Assembly (NCBI GenBank): GCA_036497085.1
Contig: DASXKA010000187.1
Location: forward strand, 1-57,132
Direction: 5' to 3'
From: Steroidobacteraceae bacterium
GTDB taxonomy: Bacteria > Pseudomonadota > Gammaproteobacteria > Steroidobacterales > Steroidobacteraceae
Length of the DNA: 57,132 nt
The translations under genes were made by a program, and so were the position numbers. The notes below the pieces were generated by a model that had not been told where the DNA came from, searched no databases, and worked only from the letters and a program-made list of their open reading frames with translations. Below are positions 32,777 through 41,556 of this stretch, piece after piece (within the stretch, counting starts at the first letter, position 1; each line of letters starts with the position of its first letter).

Positions 32777-34696
32777 GTGACCACGCCCCTCGATCTCGTC
32801 GCGATCGGCCGCGTCAGCGTCGATCTCTATGGGCAGCAGCTTGGCAGCCGGCTCGAGGACGTCGCGAGCTTCGCCAAGGGGGTGGGCGGCTGCCCGGCCA
32901 ACGTAGCCATCGGCGCGGCGCGCCTCGGGCTCAAGGCCGCGCTCATCACGCGGGTGGGGGATGAGCCCATGGGACGCTTCGTGCGCGAGCAGCTCGAGCG
33001 CGAGGGTGTCGACACGCGCGGCGTGCATGTCGACCGCGAGCGGCTGACCCCGCTCGTGCTGCTCAGCGTGCGCGACCGGGAGACCCTTCCCCTTATCTTC
33101 TACCGCGAGAACTGCGCCGACAGCGCGCTCAGCCCCGCCGACATCGATCCGGGCCTGATCGCCTCCGCCCGCGCGCTGCTCGTCACCGGCACGCACTTCT
33201 CCCTGCCGGGGGGCGCGCGCGCCCAGCGCAAGGCGATCGACGCTGCCCGCAGCCATGCCGCGCGGGTCGTGCTCGACGTCGACTACCGGCCAAATCTCTG
33301 GGGAATCGGCGGACACGGCGCGGGCGCGAGCCGCTATGCCCGCTCGGCCCGCGTAACCGAGGCGCTCGCCGCCGTCCTCGGGGATTGCGATCTCATCGTA
33401 GGGACCGAGGAGGAGCTGCACATCGCCGCCGGCGTCGAGGACACGCTGGCGGCCGTGCACCATATCCGCGAACGGTCGCCCGCCGTGATCGTCTGCAAGC
33501 GCGGCGCGCAGGGCTGCGTGGTGTTTGAGGGGCGCGCACCCAGGCGGCTCGAGGACGCGCTGGTGGTGCGCGGCATGGACATCGAGGTCTGCAACGTGCT
33601 GGGCGCGGGGGATGCGTTTCTCGCGGGCTATCTGCTCGGCTATCTGCGCGACGAGCCGCACGAGAGAAGCGCGCGCTACGGGAATGCGTGCGGTGCCCTG
33701 GCAGCATCGCGCCTGCTGTGCTCAGCGGAGTTTCCCTCGCGCCAGGAGCTCGATTACTACCTCTACTACGGCAGCGAGCGGCGCGCCCTGCGCACCGACC
33801 AGCAGCTCAACCATCTGCACTGGGTGACGACGCAAAGGCACGGTCCGGGCAGCGTGTGGGCGCTGACGATTCCTGCGCGCGCGGCGAGCGGCGCGGCCAC
33901 GGAGGAAGCGGCGGAGCGGCGCGCGCAGCTCGAGCTGCTGGCCGTCGAGGCCACCGCGCAGGCCGCGGTGGCAGGCGAACGCTGCGGCGTGCTGCTCGAG
34001 GGTCCCGCGGTCCCGGCGACGCTGCGCCGGGTGCAGGAGGCGAGCCTGTGGCTCGCGCGGCAGGTGGCACAGCCGCCGTCGCGGCCGCTCGAGTTCGCGG
34101 GCGCGGCGAGTCTCGCGGTGCATCTCAGCGAGTGGCCGACCGGCGTCACGGCCGCGTGCCGCTGTCAGTATCATCTCCAGGATCCGCGCGAGCTGCGCGA
34201 GGCGCAGGAGCGCAACCTCCTGCGGCTCGCCGCGGCCTGCCGCGCGCAGGGACGCGAGCTGCTGCTCGAGATCAGCTCGGGCGGTGCCGGCGCGTTGCAG
34301 GGCGACACCGACGCCCGCGCCCTTACGCGGCTCTACGAGCTCGGCATCCGCCCGGACTGGTGGGCACTCGAGCCGCAGCGACGCGACACGAGCTGGGAGA
34401 GTTGCGCGCGAGTGATCGGGGCGAGCGACCCCTACTGCCGCGGCATCCTGGTCACGCTGCGTGTGCCGCCCGTGGAGCAGGTGCCGCTCGTCACGACCGC
34501 CGCCGCGAGCCCTGTGGTGCGCGGCTTCATCGCCGGCAGTAGCATAATCGACGATGTCGCCGCGGCGTGGCTCTCTGGACAGAGGTCTGCCGAGTCGGTG
34601 ACCGCAGAAATTGCAGGGCGTTTTCGCGCTTTGGTCGAGGCCTGGAGCGCAATACGCGATCCGCGGCTCGACCGGGGGGATGGGGGCGGGCGTTGA
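32777..34696 (+). CDS. iolC: 5-dehydro-2-deoxygluconokinase fused to a DUF2090 (IolJ-type aldolase-like) domain
   Basis: ORF 32576..34696 trimmed to GTG 32777. PfkB kinase blocks LDLVAIGRVSVDLYG and GAGDAF, then a ~300-aa C-terminal extension of the kind fused to proteobacterial IolC. Confidence 0.8.
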   Translation: MTTPLDLVAIGRVSVDLYGQQLGSRLEDVASFAKGVGGCPANVAIGAARLGLKAALITRVGDEPMGRFVREQLEREGVDTRGVHVDRERLTPLVLLSVRDRETLPLIFYRENCADSALSPADIDPGLIASARALLVTGTHFSLPGGARAQRKAIDAARSHAARVVLDVDYRPNLWGIGGHGAGASRYARSARVTEALAAVLGDCDLIVGTEEELHIAAGVEDTLAAVHHIRERSPAVIVCKRGAQGCVVFEGRAPRRLEDALVVRGMDIEVCNVLGAGDAFLAGYLLGYLRDEPHERSARYGNACGALAASRLLCSAEFPSRQELDYYLYYGSERRALRTDQQLNHLHWVTTQRHGPGSVWALTIPARAASGAATEEAAERRAQLELLAVEATAQAAVAGERCGVLLEGPAVPATLRRVQEASLWLARQVAQPPSRPLEFAGAASLAVHLSEWPTGVTAACRCQYHLQDPRELREAQERNLLRLAAACRAQGRELLLEISSGGAGALQGDTDARALTRLYELGIRPDWWALEPQRRDTSWESCARVIGASDPYCRGILVTLRVPPVEQVPLVTTAAASPVVRGFIAGSSIIDDVAAAWLSGQRSAESVTAEIAGRFRALVEAWSAIRDPRLDRGDGGGR

Positions 34697-36531
34697 CGGC
34701 AACTCGGCTGACGACGGCGCAGGCACTGGTGCGGGCCATGGCCGCGCAGTGGACCGAGCTCGGCGGCGAGCGCCGGCGCGTGTTCGCCGGTGTGTGGGCC
34801 ATCTTCGGGCATGGCAACGTGGCCGCCCTCGGTGAAGCGCTGTACGCGGCGCGCGACGTTCTGCCCACGCTCCGGGCCCATAACGAGCAGGCCATGGGCC
34901 ACGCGGCCGTCGCCTACGCCAAGGCCACGCAGCGGCGCCGCATGATGGCGTGCACCACCTCGATCGGCCCGGGCGCCACCAACCTCGTGACCGCGGCGGC
35001 GGTCGCGCACGTCAACCGCCTGCCGCTGCTGCTCCTGCCGGGCGACGTGTTTGCGAGTCGTGCGCCCGACCCGGTGCTACAGCAGGTCGAGGACTTCGGC
35101 GACGGGCTGCTCACGGCCAACGACTGCCTGCGACCGGTGTCGCGCTATTTCGACCGCATCACCCGGCCGGAGCAGCTGCTGAGCGCGCTGCCGCGTGCCA
35201 TGCAGGTGCTCACGGACCCGGCGAGCTGCGGTCCCGTCACCCTCGCGCTCTGCCAGGATGTGCAGGCCGAGGCGTACGACTGGCCGCAGAGTTTTTTCGC
35301 GGAGCGCATGTGGATCGCGCGGCGCCCGCCGCCCGATCAGCGCGAGCTCGCGCAGGTCGCGCAGGTGATGCGCACCGCGCGCCGGCCGCTGATAGTCTGC
35401 GGCGGAGGCGTGCTCTATTCCGGGGCGGGGGAGGCGCTCGGCGCCTTCTGCGAGCGCCACGGCGTACCGAGTTGCGAGACGCAGGCGGGCAAGTCCGCCC
35501 TCACCGCCGGCCATCCGCTGAATCTCGGCGGCATCGGCGTCACCGGTACCACGGCCGCCAACACGCTCGCCGCCGAGGCTGACGTGATCGTCGCGGTGGG
35601 GACGCGCTTGCAGGACTTCACCACCGGCTCCGCTACGCTGTTCGCGGCGCGGGGACGCCGCATCGTCGCGCTCAACGTGCAGCCCTTCGATGCCGCCAAG
35701 CACGATGCGCTGCCGCTGGTCGCGGATGCGCGCGAGGGTCTCACGCGTCTCAGCGGGGAGCTCGGCGACTGGCACGCTCCGGGCGCCTGGAGCGAGCGTG
35801 CGCAGGGCGCGCGGGCGCAGTGGCTGCAGACCGCGGCATCGTTCACCGCGCCGCCCGCCGCGGCGGTGCTTCCCTCTGACGCGCACGTGATCGGCGCGGT
35901 GCAACGAGCGGGTACGCCTTCCGACATCGTAGTGTGCGCCGCGGGCGGCCTGCCGGGAGAGCTGCACCGGCACTGGCAGGCCGGGGAGCCGGGCGGCTAT
36001 CACCTCGAGTATGGCTATTCCTGCATGGGCTACGAGATCGCCGGCGCCCTCGGCGTAAAGCTCGCGCACCCGGAGCGCGAGGTGATCGTCATGGTGGGCG
36101 ATGGCTCCTATCTCATGCTGAACAGCGAGATCGCGACCTCAGTGCGCCTCGGCGCCAGGCTCATCATCGTGCTGCTCGACAACGGTGGCTTCGGCTGCAT
36201 CGAGCGGCTGCAGCGCTCGACCGGGAATGCGAGCTTCAACAATCTGCGCGCGGACGCTGCTCAGGCGCCCGATCTCGTGGCGCACGCGCGCAGCCTCGGA
36301 GCGCTCGCGAGCTCCGTGCCGGGTATCGCCGAGCTCGAGAGCGCTATCGCCGCCGCGCGCCGCGCCGACCGCACCTCGGTGATCCGCATCGAGACCGACG
36401 CGGCCGCGAGCACCAGCGCCGGTGGCTGCTGGTGGGACGTCCCGGTCCCCGAGGTGTCGGCGCGCGCCGAGGTGCGCACGGCGCACGCTACGTACGCCGC
36501 GGCCCGCAGGCGGCGCGCGGACGAGGCGTGA
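34693..36531 (+). CDS. iolD: 3D-(3,5/4)-trihydroxycyclohexane-1,2-dione acylhydrolase (ThDP enzyme)
   Basis: ORF 34567..36531 trimmed to TTG 34693 (TTGA overlap with the iolC stop), giving N-terminus LTATRLTTAQALVRAM. ThDP motif GDGSYLMLNSE...LDN. Context is consistent. Confidence 0.8.
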   Translation: MTATRLTTAQALVRAMAAQWTELGGERRRVFAGVWAIFGHGNVAALGEALYAARDVLPTLRAHNEQAMGHAAVAYAKATQRRRMMACTTSIGPGATNLVTAAAVAHVNRLPLLLLPGDVFASRAPDPVLQQVEDFGDGLLTANDCLRPVSRYFDRITRPEQLLSALPRAMQVLTDPASCGPVTLALCQDVQAEAYDWPQSFFAERMWIARRPPPDQRELAQVAQVMRTARRPLIVCGGGVLYSGAGEALGAFCERHGVPSCETQAGKSALTAGHPLNLGGIGVTGTTAANTLAAEADVIVAVGTRLQDFTTGSATLFAARGRRIVALNVQPFDAAKHDALPLVADAREGLTRLSGELGDWHAPGAWSERAQGARAQWLQTAASFTAPPAAAVLPSDAHVIGAVQRAGTPSDIVVCAAGGLPGELHRHWQAGEPGGYHLEYGYSCMGYEIAGALGVKLAHPEREVIVMVGDGSYLMLNSEIATSVRLGARLIIVLLDNGGFGCIERLQRSTGNASFNNLRADAAQAPDLVAHARSLGALASSVPGIAELESAIAAARRADRTSVIRIETDAAASTSAGGCWWDVPVPEVSARAEVRTAHATYAAARRRRADEA

Positions 36532-36534
36532 CCC

Positions 36535-37416
36535 ATGAAGGTTCGCCTCGGCGCCAATCCCATCATCTGGTCGAACGACGATCTCCGCGAGCTCGGCGCC
36601 GACATTACGCTCGAGACCTGCCTCGCCGAGGCACGGACGGTGGGCTTCGAGGGCATGGAGCTCGGGCACAAGTTTCCACGCCAGCCGGATGTGCTCGCCG
36701 CGGTGCTGGGGCGTTTCGGCCTGCAGTGCGTCTCGGGCTGGCATTCGGCCGAGCTCCTGGTGTGGGGAGCGCGCGAAGAGCTGTCGCGGCTGCGTCCGCA
36801 TCTCGAGCTCCTCAAGGCAATGGGAAGCCCGGTGCTGGTGTTCGCGGAGGTGAGCCAGGCCGTGCACGGCGACCTGGAGCGCCCGCTGTCCGAGCGGCCG
36901 TTGCTCAACGCGCGCGACTGGCGTGAGCTGGGCGCGCGGCTGACCGAGGTGGCCGCGGTGACCGCGGCGGAGGGCGTGCGTCTCGCCTATCACCATCACA
37001 TGGGGACGGTGGTTCAGAGCGAGGAAGACATCGACGCGCTGATGGCAGCGACCGGCCCCGAGGTGGGGTTGCTGCTCGACACCGGACATGCGGCGTTTGC
37101 TGGAGCGGATCCCGTGGCGCTCGCGCGGCGTTATGCGTCGCGGATCGTGCACGTGCATGCCAAGGATGTGCGCCCCGAAGTCTGCGCGCGGGCGCGCAGC
37201 GGCAATTGGAGCTTCCTGCGCGCCGTACTCGCGGGCGTTTTCACGGTGCCGGGGGACGGCGGCGTCGCCTTCGAGGCGGTGTTCGCGGAGCTCGCCGACT
37301 ATTCCGGCTGGGTGGTGCTCGAGGCTGAGCAGGATCCGCGGGTCGCCGATCCCCTGACCTATGCCACGCTTGGCCATCGAAACCTCGAGCGCCTCTTGTC
37401 GGGGGGTGGCCGGTGA
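36535..37416 (+). CDS. iolE: inosose dehydratase (xylose-isomerase-like TIM barrel)
   Basis: MKVRLGANPIIWSNDDL N-terminus. Sits between iolD and iolB. Confidence 0.85.
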   Translation: MKVRLGANPIIWSNDDLRELGADITLETCLAEARTVGFEGMELGHKFPRQPDVLAAVLGRFGLQCVSGWHSAELLVWGAREELSRLRPHLELLKAMGSPVLVFAEVSQAVHGDLERPLSERPLLNARDWRELGARLTEVAAVTAAEGVRLAYHHHMGTVVQSEEDIDALMAATGPEVGLLLDTGHAAFAGADPVALARRYASRIVHVHAKDVRPEVCARARSGNWSFLRAVLAGVFTVPGDGGVAFEAVFAELADYSGWVVLEAEQDPRVADPLTYATLGHRNLERLLSGGGR

Positions 37417-38213
37417 CCTCGAGACTCCTCGTCAGGCCGGATCTCTCGGCCAACGCCCCGCAGGTGCACCTGGTTACCCCCCAGAGCGCGGGCTGGCGCT
37501 ACGTCGGCTTCGAAGTATTCGACCTCGCTCCGGGGCAAGCGCTCGCGCGCCGGCTCCCCGATCGCGAGCAGTGCCTGGTGTTGCTGTCGGGTCGCTCGAG
37601 CGTGCGCGTGGCGAGCGCCGACTGTGGCACGCTCGGCGCGCGCGCGCATCCCTTCGACGGCAAGCCGTTCGCGGTCTACGTGCCGCCGCGGACCGAGGTG
37701 CACCTCACGGCCGAGAGCCACTGCGAGCTCGCCGTGGGCTCGGCGCCAGCCCAGGGCCGGTTCCGCGCGCGCGTGATCAGTCCGGACGACGTACGGGAGG
37801 AGGTGCGGGGCACCGGCACCAACACCCGCTACGTGTACGACATACTTCCCGAGGGCACCGAGGCCGAGTCGCTCCTCGTGGTCGAGGTGCGCACCCCCGG
37901 CGGGCATTGGTCGAGCTACCCGCCCCACAAGCACGATTCCGCCGCCGGAGGAGAGAGTCAGCTCGAGGAGATCTACTACCATCGATTGTCGCGCCCGGGC
38001 GGTTTTGCCTTCCAGCGCGTTTTTACCGACGATCGCTCGCTCGACGAGACGATGTCGGTGGAGGATCGCGACCTGGTGCTGGTACCGCGCGGTCACCACC
38101 CGGTAAGCGCCCCGCACGGCTTTGACCTCTACTATCTGAACGTCATGGCAGGACCGGTGCGGCGCTGGCGCGTCACTTACGCGCCCGGCTACGAGTTCCT
38201 GACCCGGCGCTGA
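37413..38213 (+). CDS. iolB: 5-deoxy-glucuronate isomerase (cupin)
   Basis: GTGA overlap with the iolE stop. GHWSSYPPHKHD and EEIYYHR blocks. Confidence 0.85.
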   Translation: MTSRLLVRPDLSANAPQVHLVTPQSAGWRYVGFEVFDLAPGQALARRLPDREQCLVLLSGRSSVRVASADCGTLGARAHPFDGKPFAVYVPPRTEVHLTAESHCELAVGSAPAQGRFRARVISPDDVREEVRGTGTNTRYVYDILPEGTEAESLLVVEVRTPGGHWSSYPPHKHDSAAGGESQLEEIYYHRLSRPGGFAFQRVFTDDRSLDETMSVEDRDLVLVPRGHHPVSAPHGFDLYYLNVMAGPVRRWRVTYAPGYEFLTRR

Positions 38214-38225
38214 CGGCGGAAGGGT

Positions 38226-39227
38226 ATGGCGACGCTCGGCACGGCGGTACTCGGATGCGGGCGCATCGGCCGCCTGCATGCGCGCAATCTCGCGCGGCAC
38301 CCGCGCGCGCGGCTCGCGATGGTGTTCGACGTGGCCGGCGAGGTGGCACAGCAGGTCGCGGCCGGGATCGGCGTCCGCAGCGCCCGTAGCCTGGATGAGG
38401 TGTGGGACGAGCGCACCGTCCGCGCGGTGGTGATCGCTACACCCACCGACACCCACGTGCCGCTGATCGTCGCGGCGGTCAAGGCCGGCAAGGCGGTTTT
38501 CTGCGAGAAGCCGATCGACATGAGCCTCGAGCGCGCGCGCGCCTGCTGGGGTGAGATCGCCGCCGACAAGCCGAGCGTGATGATCGGCTTCAACCGCCGC
38601 TTCGATCCCTCCTACCGCGCCTTGCGCGAACGGCTCAAGCTCGGCGAGATCGGCAGCCTCGAGCTCGCGGTCATCACCAGCCGCGATCCGGCGCCGCCGC
38701 CGGCCGGCTACATCCTGAGCTCGGGCGGGCTGTTCCGCGACATGACCATTCACGACTTCGACATGGCGCGCTATCTCGCGGGCGACATCGCCAGGGTGCA
38801 TGCCTTCGGTGCGAACCTCGTCGACGCGGAGATCGGCAGGCTCGGTGACATCGATACCTGCGCGATCGCGCTGCGCGCCAAGTCCGGCGCGCTCATACAG
38901 ATCAACAACAGCCGCCGCTGCGTGTACGGCTACGATCAGCGCCTCGAGGCCTTCGGGTCGGGCGGCATGCTGCAGGCGGGCAATCGCCACGAGACCTCGG
39001 TCTCATCCTGGAGCGCCGAGCGCACCGCGGGACGCGACGCTGTGCTTCACTCCTTCATCGAGCGCTACGCGCAGGCCTATGAGGCCGAGATGGATGCCTT
39101 CGTCGCCGCGCTCGCGGAAGGCAGGCCGATGAGCCCGGACTTCGCCGACGGCGTGGAAGCGCTCAGACTCGCCGTGGCGGCGGGCGAGAGTCTGCGCACC
39201 GGGCGCGTGGTCGACGTCGGTCCTTAG
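38226..39227 (+). CDS. iolG: inositol 2-dehydrogenase (Gfo/Idh/MocA family)
   Basis: VLGCGRIGRLHARNL Rossmann motif and the GKAVFCEKP block. Context is consistent. Confidence 0.8.
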   Translation: MATLGTAVLGCGRIGRLHARNLARHPRARLAMVFDVAGEVAQQVAAGIGVRSARSLDEVWDERTVRAVVIATPTDTHVPLIVAAVKAGKAVFCEKPIDMSLERARACWGEIAADKPSVMIGFNRRFDPSYRALRERLKLGEIGSLELAVITSRDPAPPPAGYILSSGGLFRDMTIHDFDMARYLAGDIARVHAFGANLVDAEIGRLGDIDTCAIALRAKSGALIQINNSRRCVYGYDQRLEAFGSGGMLQAGNRHETSVSSWSAERTAGRDAVLHSFIERYAQAYEAEMDAFVAALAEGRPMSPDFADGVEALRLAVAAGESLRTGRVVDVGP

Positions 39228-40108
39228 AGCGGCCGCAGGGCGAGCCGGCGACGCGTCTCGGCCGGGGAGAGTACCCGTGCCCCGAGCAGCTCGACGATCT
39301 TCACGGCACGCTCGACCAGTTGCGCGTTGGTCGCCAGCACGCCCTTCTCGAGGTAGAGGTTGTCCTCGAGGCCGACCCGTACGTTGCCCCCGAGCAGCAC
39401 CGCCTGTGCGACCATCGGCATCTGCAGCCGGCCGACCCCGAAGGCCGACCACTGGACGTCGCGTGGCAGGGCGTCGCGCATCGCCAGCATGGCCTGTGCG
39501 GTCGCGGGGGCGCCGTAGCGAACGCCGAGGCACAGCTGAAAGAGTGCGGGCGCGGCGAACAGCCCCTCGCCGATCAGCTGCCGGGCGAGCTCGATGTGCC
39601 CGAGCTCGAAGACCTCGATCTCCGGGCGCACGCCGCGCGCGCGGTACTCCGCGGCGATGTCGCGCAGATAGCGTGGCGTAGTGCCGTACAGGGCCTCGTC
39701 GAAATTGAGCGATCCGCAGTCGAGGCTGCCGATCTCGGGACGCAGCTCGACGATGTGGGCGATGCGCTCGCGCGGGCCGACGAAGTCCGTCCCCTTGCCG
39801 AAGGAGAGCGGCGTCTCATCCGGTCCGAGCACCAGGTCGCCACCCATGCCGCCGGTGAGGTTGAGGATCACCTCGGCGTTGCGGCTGCGGATCCGGTCGA
39901 CGACCTCGCGATAGAGGGCGGTCGCGCGGCTCGGCGCGCCCGAGGCGGGATCCCGCACGTGGATGTGCACGATGGCCGCCCCGGCGGCATGGGCATCGAG
40001 AGCCGCCGTCGCAATCTGCGCGGGCGTCACCGGAACGCGCGGGCTTTTCCTGAGCGAATCGCCCGAGCCGGTGACCGCGCAGGTGATGAAAACCGCCTCG
40101 CTCGGCAC
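39224..40108 (-). CDS. BKACE-family (3-keto-5-aminohexanoate cleavage enzyme-like, DUF849) protein
   Basis: VFITCAVTG...VPVTPAQIA..A..A..AGAAIVHIHVRDP and GGNVRVGLEDNLYL blocks. Confidence 0.8.
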   Translation of the reverse strand: MPSEAVFITCAVTGSGDSLRKSPRVPVTPAQIATAALDAHAAGAAIVHIHVRDPASGAPSRATALYREVVDRIRSRNAEVILNLTGGMGGDLVLGPDETPLSFGKGTDFVGPRERIAHIVELRPEIGSLDCGSLNFDEALYGTTPRYLRDIAAEYRARGVRPEIEVFELGHIELARQLIGEGLFAAPALFQLCLGVRYGAPATAQAMLAMRDALPRDVQWSAFGVGRLQMPMVAQAVLLGGNVRVGLEDNLYLEKGVLATNAQLVERAVKIVELLGARVLSPAETRRRLALRPL

Positions 40109-40197
40109 TGCCGCCCTCCGCCGTCCCGGGACTCGAGCAGCATAGCGCCAAAGCCCTCACAATAGCGCCGTCGCAACGCGACTCTCGCGAGAGGATC

Positions 40198-41526
40198 ATG
40201 ACCAGGAACCGCTCGGTCGGCTGGGGGATGGGAGCGCTGCCGCGCATCGCGCGCGGCGAGGGCAGTTACCTCTACGACGCCGCCGGCCGCCGCTATCTCG
40301 ACGGCTCGGGCGGACCGGCCGCCTTTAGCATCGGGCACGGCAACCGTGAGGTGAATGCCGCGATTGCTGCGCAGCTCGAGCGGGTGGCGTGCGGCTATCG
40401 GTATCTGTTCACCAGCGAGCCGCTCGAGGAGCTGACGAGCCTGCTGCTCGCGCTCTGCGGGCCAGAGTTCGGGCACATCGTCTACTCGGGCAGCGGCTCG
40501 GAAGCGGTGGAGTCGGCGCTCAAGGTAGCGCTGCAATACTGGGACGCCCGCGGGTTCACGGGCAAGAAGCATTTCATCGCGCGCGAGCGCTCCTATCACG
40601 GCAACACGCTCGGGGCGCTCTCGGTGTCGGGATTTCTCGAGCGGCGGCGCCCGTTCACGGGTAGCCTGCTCGACGCATCCTTCGTGTCCGCGGCCAACGC
40701 CTATCGGCCGCTGCGTGGGCTCGCGGGCGCGGCGCTCACCGAGGCTCTCGCGGACGAGCTCGAGAAGAAGATCGGGGCACTCGGCGCCGAGCGGGTGGCC
40801 GGCTTCATCTTCGAGCCCGTCGTCGGAGCGGCGGGCGCAGCGGTGCCGGCGCCGGAGGGTTACGCACGCGCGGTGCAGGCCGTGTGCGCGCGGCACGGGG
40901 TGCTGCTAATCGCCGACGAGGTGATGTGCGGCTCCGGCCGCTGCGGCACGTGGCGCGCGCTCGAGCATGACGCGACGGTCCCCGACATCACGGCGGTGGG
41001 CAAGGGACTCGCGGGTGGCTATATCCCGCTCGCGGCGACGATCATCAGGCGCGAGGTCGGCGAGACGATTCTCGCTCAGCAGGGGGCCATCCTCACCGGA
41101 CACACCTACTCGGGCCACACCACCGCCTGTGCGGCGGCCCTCGCGGTCCAGCGCATCATTCAGCGCGAGGCGCTCGTCAGCCGGGTCCGGGAGCGCGGCG
41201 CGGTGTTGCTCGCGGAGCTGCAGGCCGCGCTCGGACGCTTTCGCCAGGTCGGGGACGTGCGCGGCCGGGGCTATCTCATCGGCATCGAGTTCGTGCGCGA
41301 TCGCGCCACGCGCACACCGTTGCCTCGCGAGCGCGCCTTCGCCCAGGCGCTCGGGCAGCGCGCGTTCGCAGACGGCCTCATCATCTACCCGTGCACCGGG
41401 AACGTCGGCGGCACCGCGGGCGACACCGTGATCGTGGCGCCGCCCTACAACGCGAGCGAGGCGGAGCTCGCCGAGCTGGTCGAGAAGCTCACGCGCGCCA
41501 TCGAGCGCACGCTCACAGGCGGGTGA
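40198..41526 (+). CDS. class III (omega-type) PLP aminotransferase
   Basis: GAGAGGA RBS. YLYDAAGRRYLDGSGG, SGSEAVESALK, IADEV, and AVGKGLAGGY (PLP Lys) blocks. Confidence 0.85.
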   Translation: MTRNRSVGWGMGALPRIARGEGSYLYDAAGRRYLDGSGGPAAFSIGHGNREVNAAIAAQLERVACGYRYLFTSEPLEELTSLLLALCGPEFGHIVYSGSGSEAVESALKVALQYWDARGFTGKKHFIARERSYHGNTLGALSVSGFLERRRPFTGSLLDASFVSAANAYRPLRGLAGAALTEALADELEKKIGALGAERVAGFIFEPVVGAAGAAVPAPEGYARAVQAVCARHGVLLIADEVMCGSGRCGTWRALEHDATVPDITAVGKGLAGGYIPLAATIIRREVGETILAQQGAILTGHTYSGHTTACAAALAVQRIIQREALVSRVRERGAVLLAELQAALGRFRQVGDVRGRGYLIGIEFVRDRATRTPLPRERAFAQALGQRAFADGLIIYPCTGNVGGTAGDTVIVAPPYNASEAELAELVEKLTRAIERTLTGG

Positions 41527-41546
41527 CCGCCGCTCTGCGGCCACCC
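41521..41546. terminator. hairpin between convergent genes (possible bidirectional terminator, no U-tract)
   Basis: GGGTGACCGC-CGCTCT-GCGGCCACCC: a 10-bp stem with one mismatch and a 6-nt loop. It overlaps the aminotransferase stop codon. Confidence 0.3.
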
Positions 41547-41556
41547 TCCGTGACCG

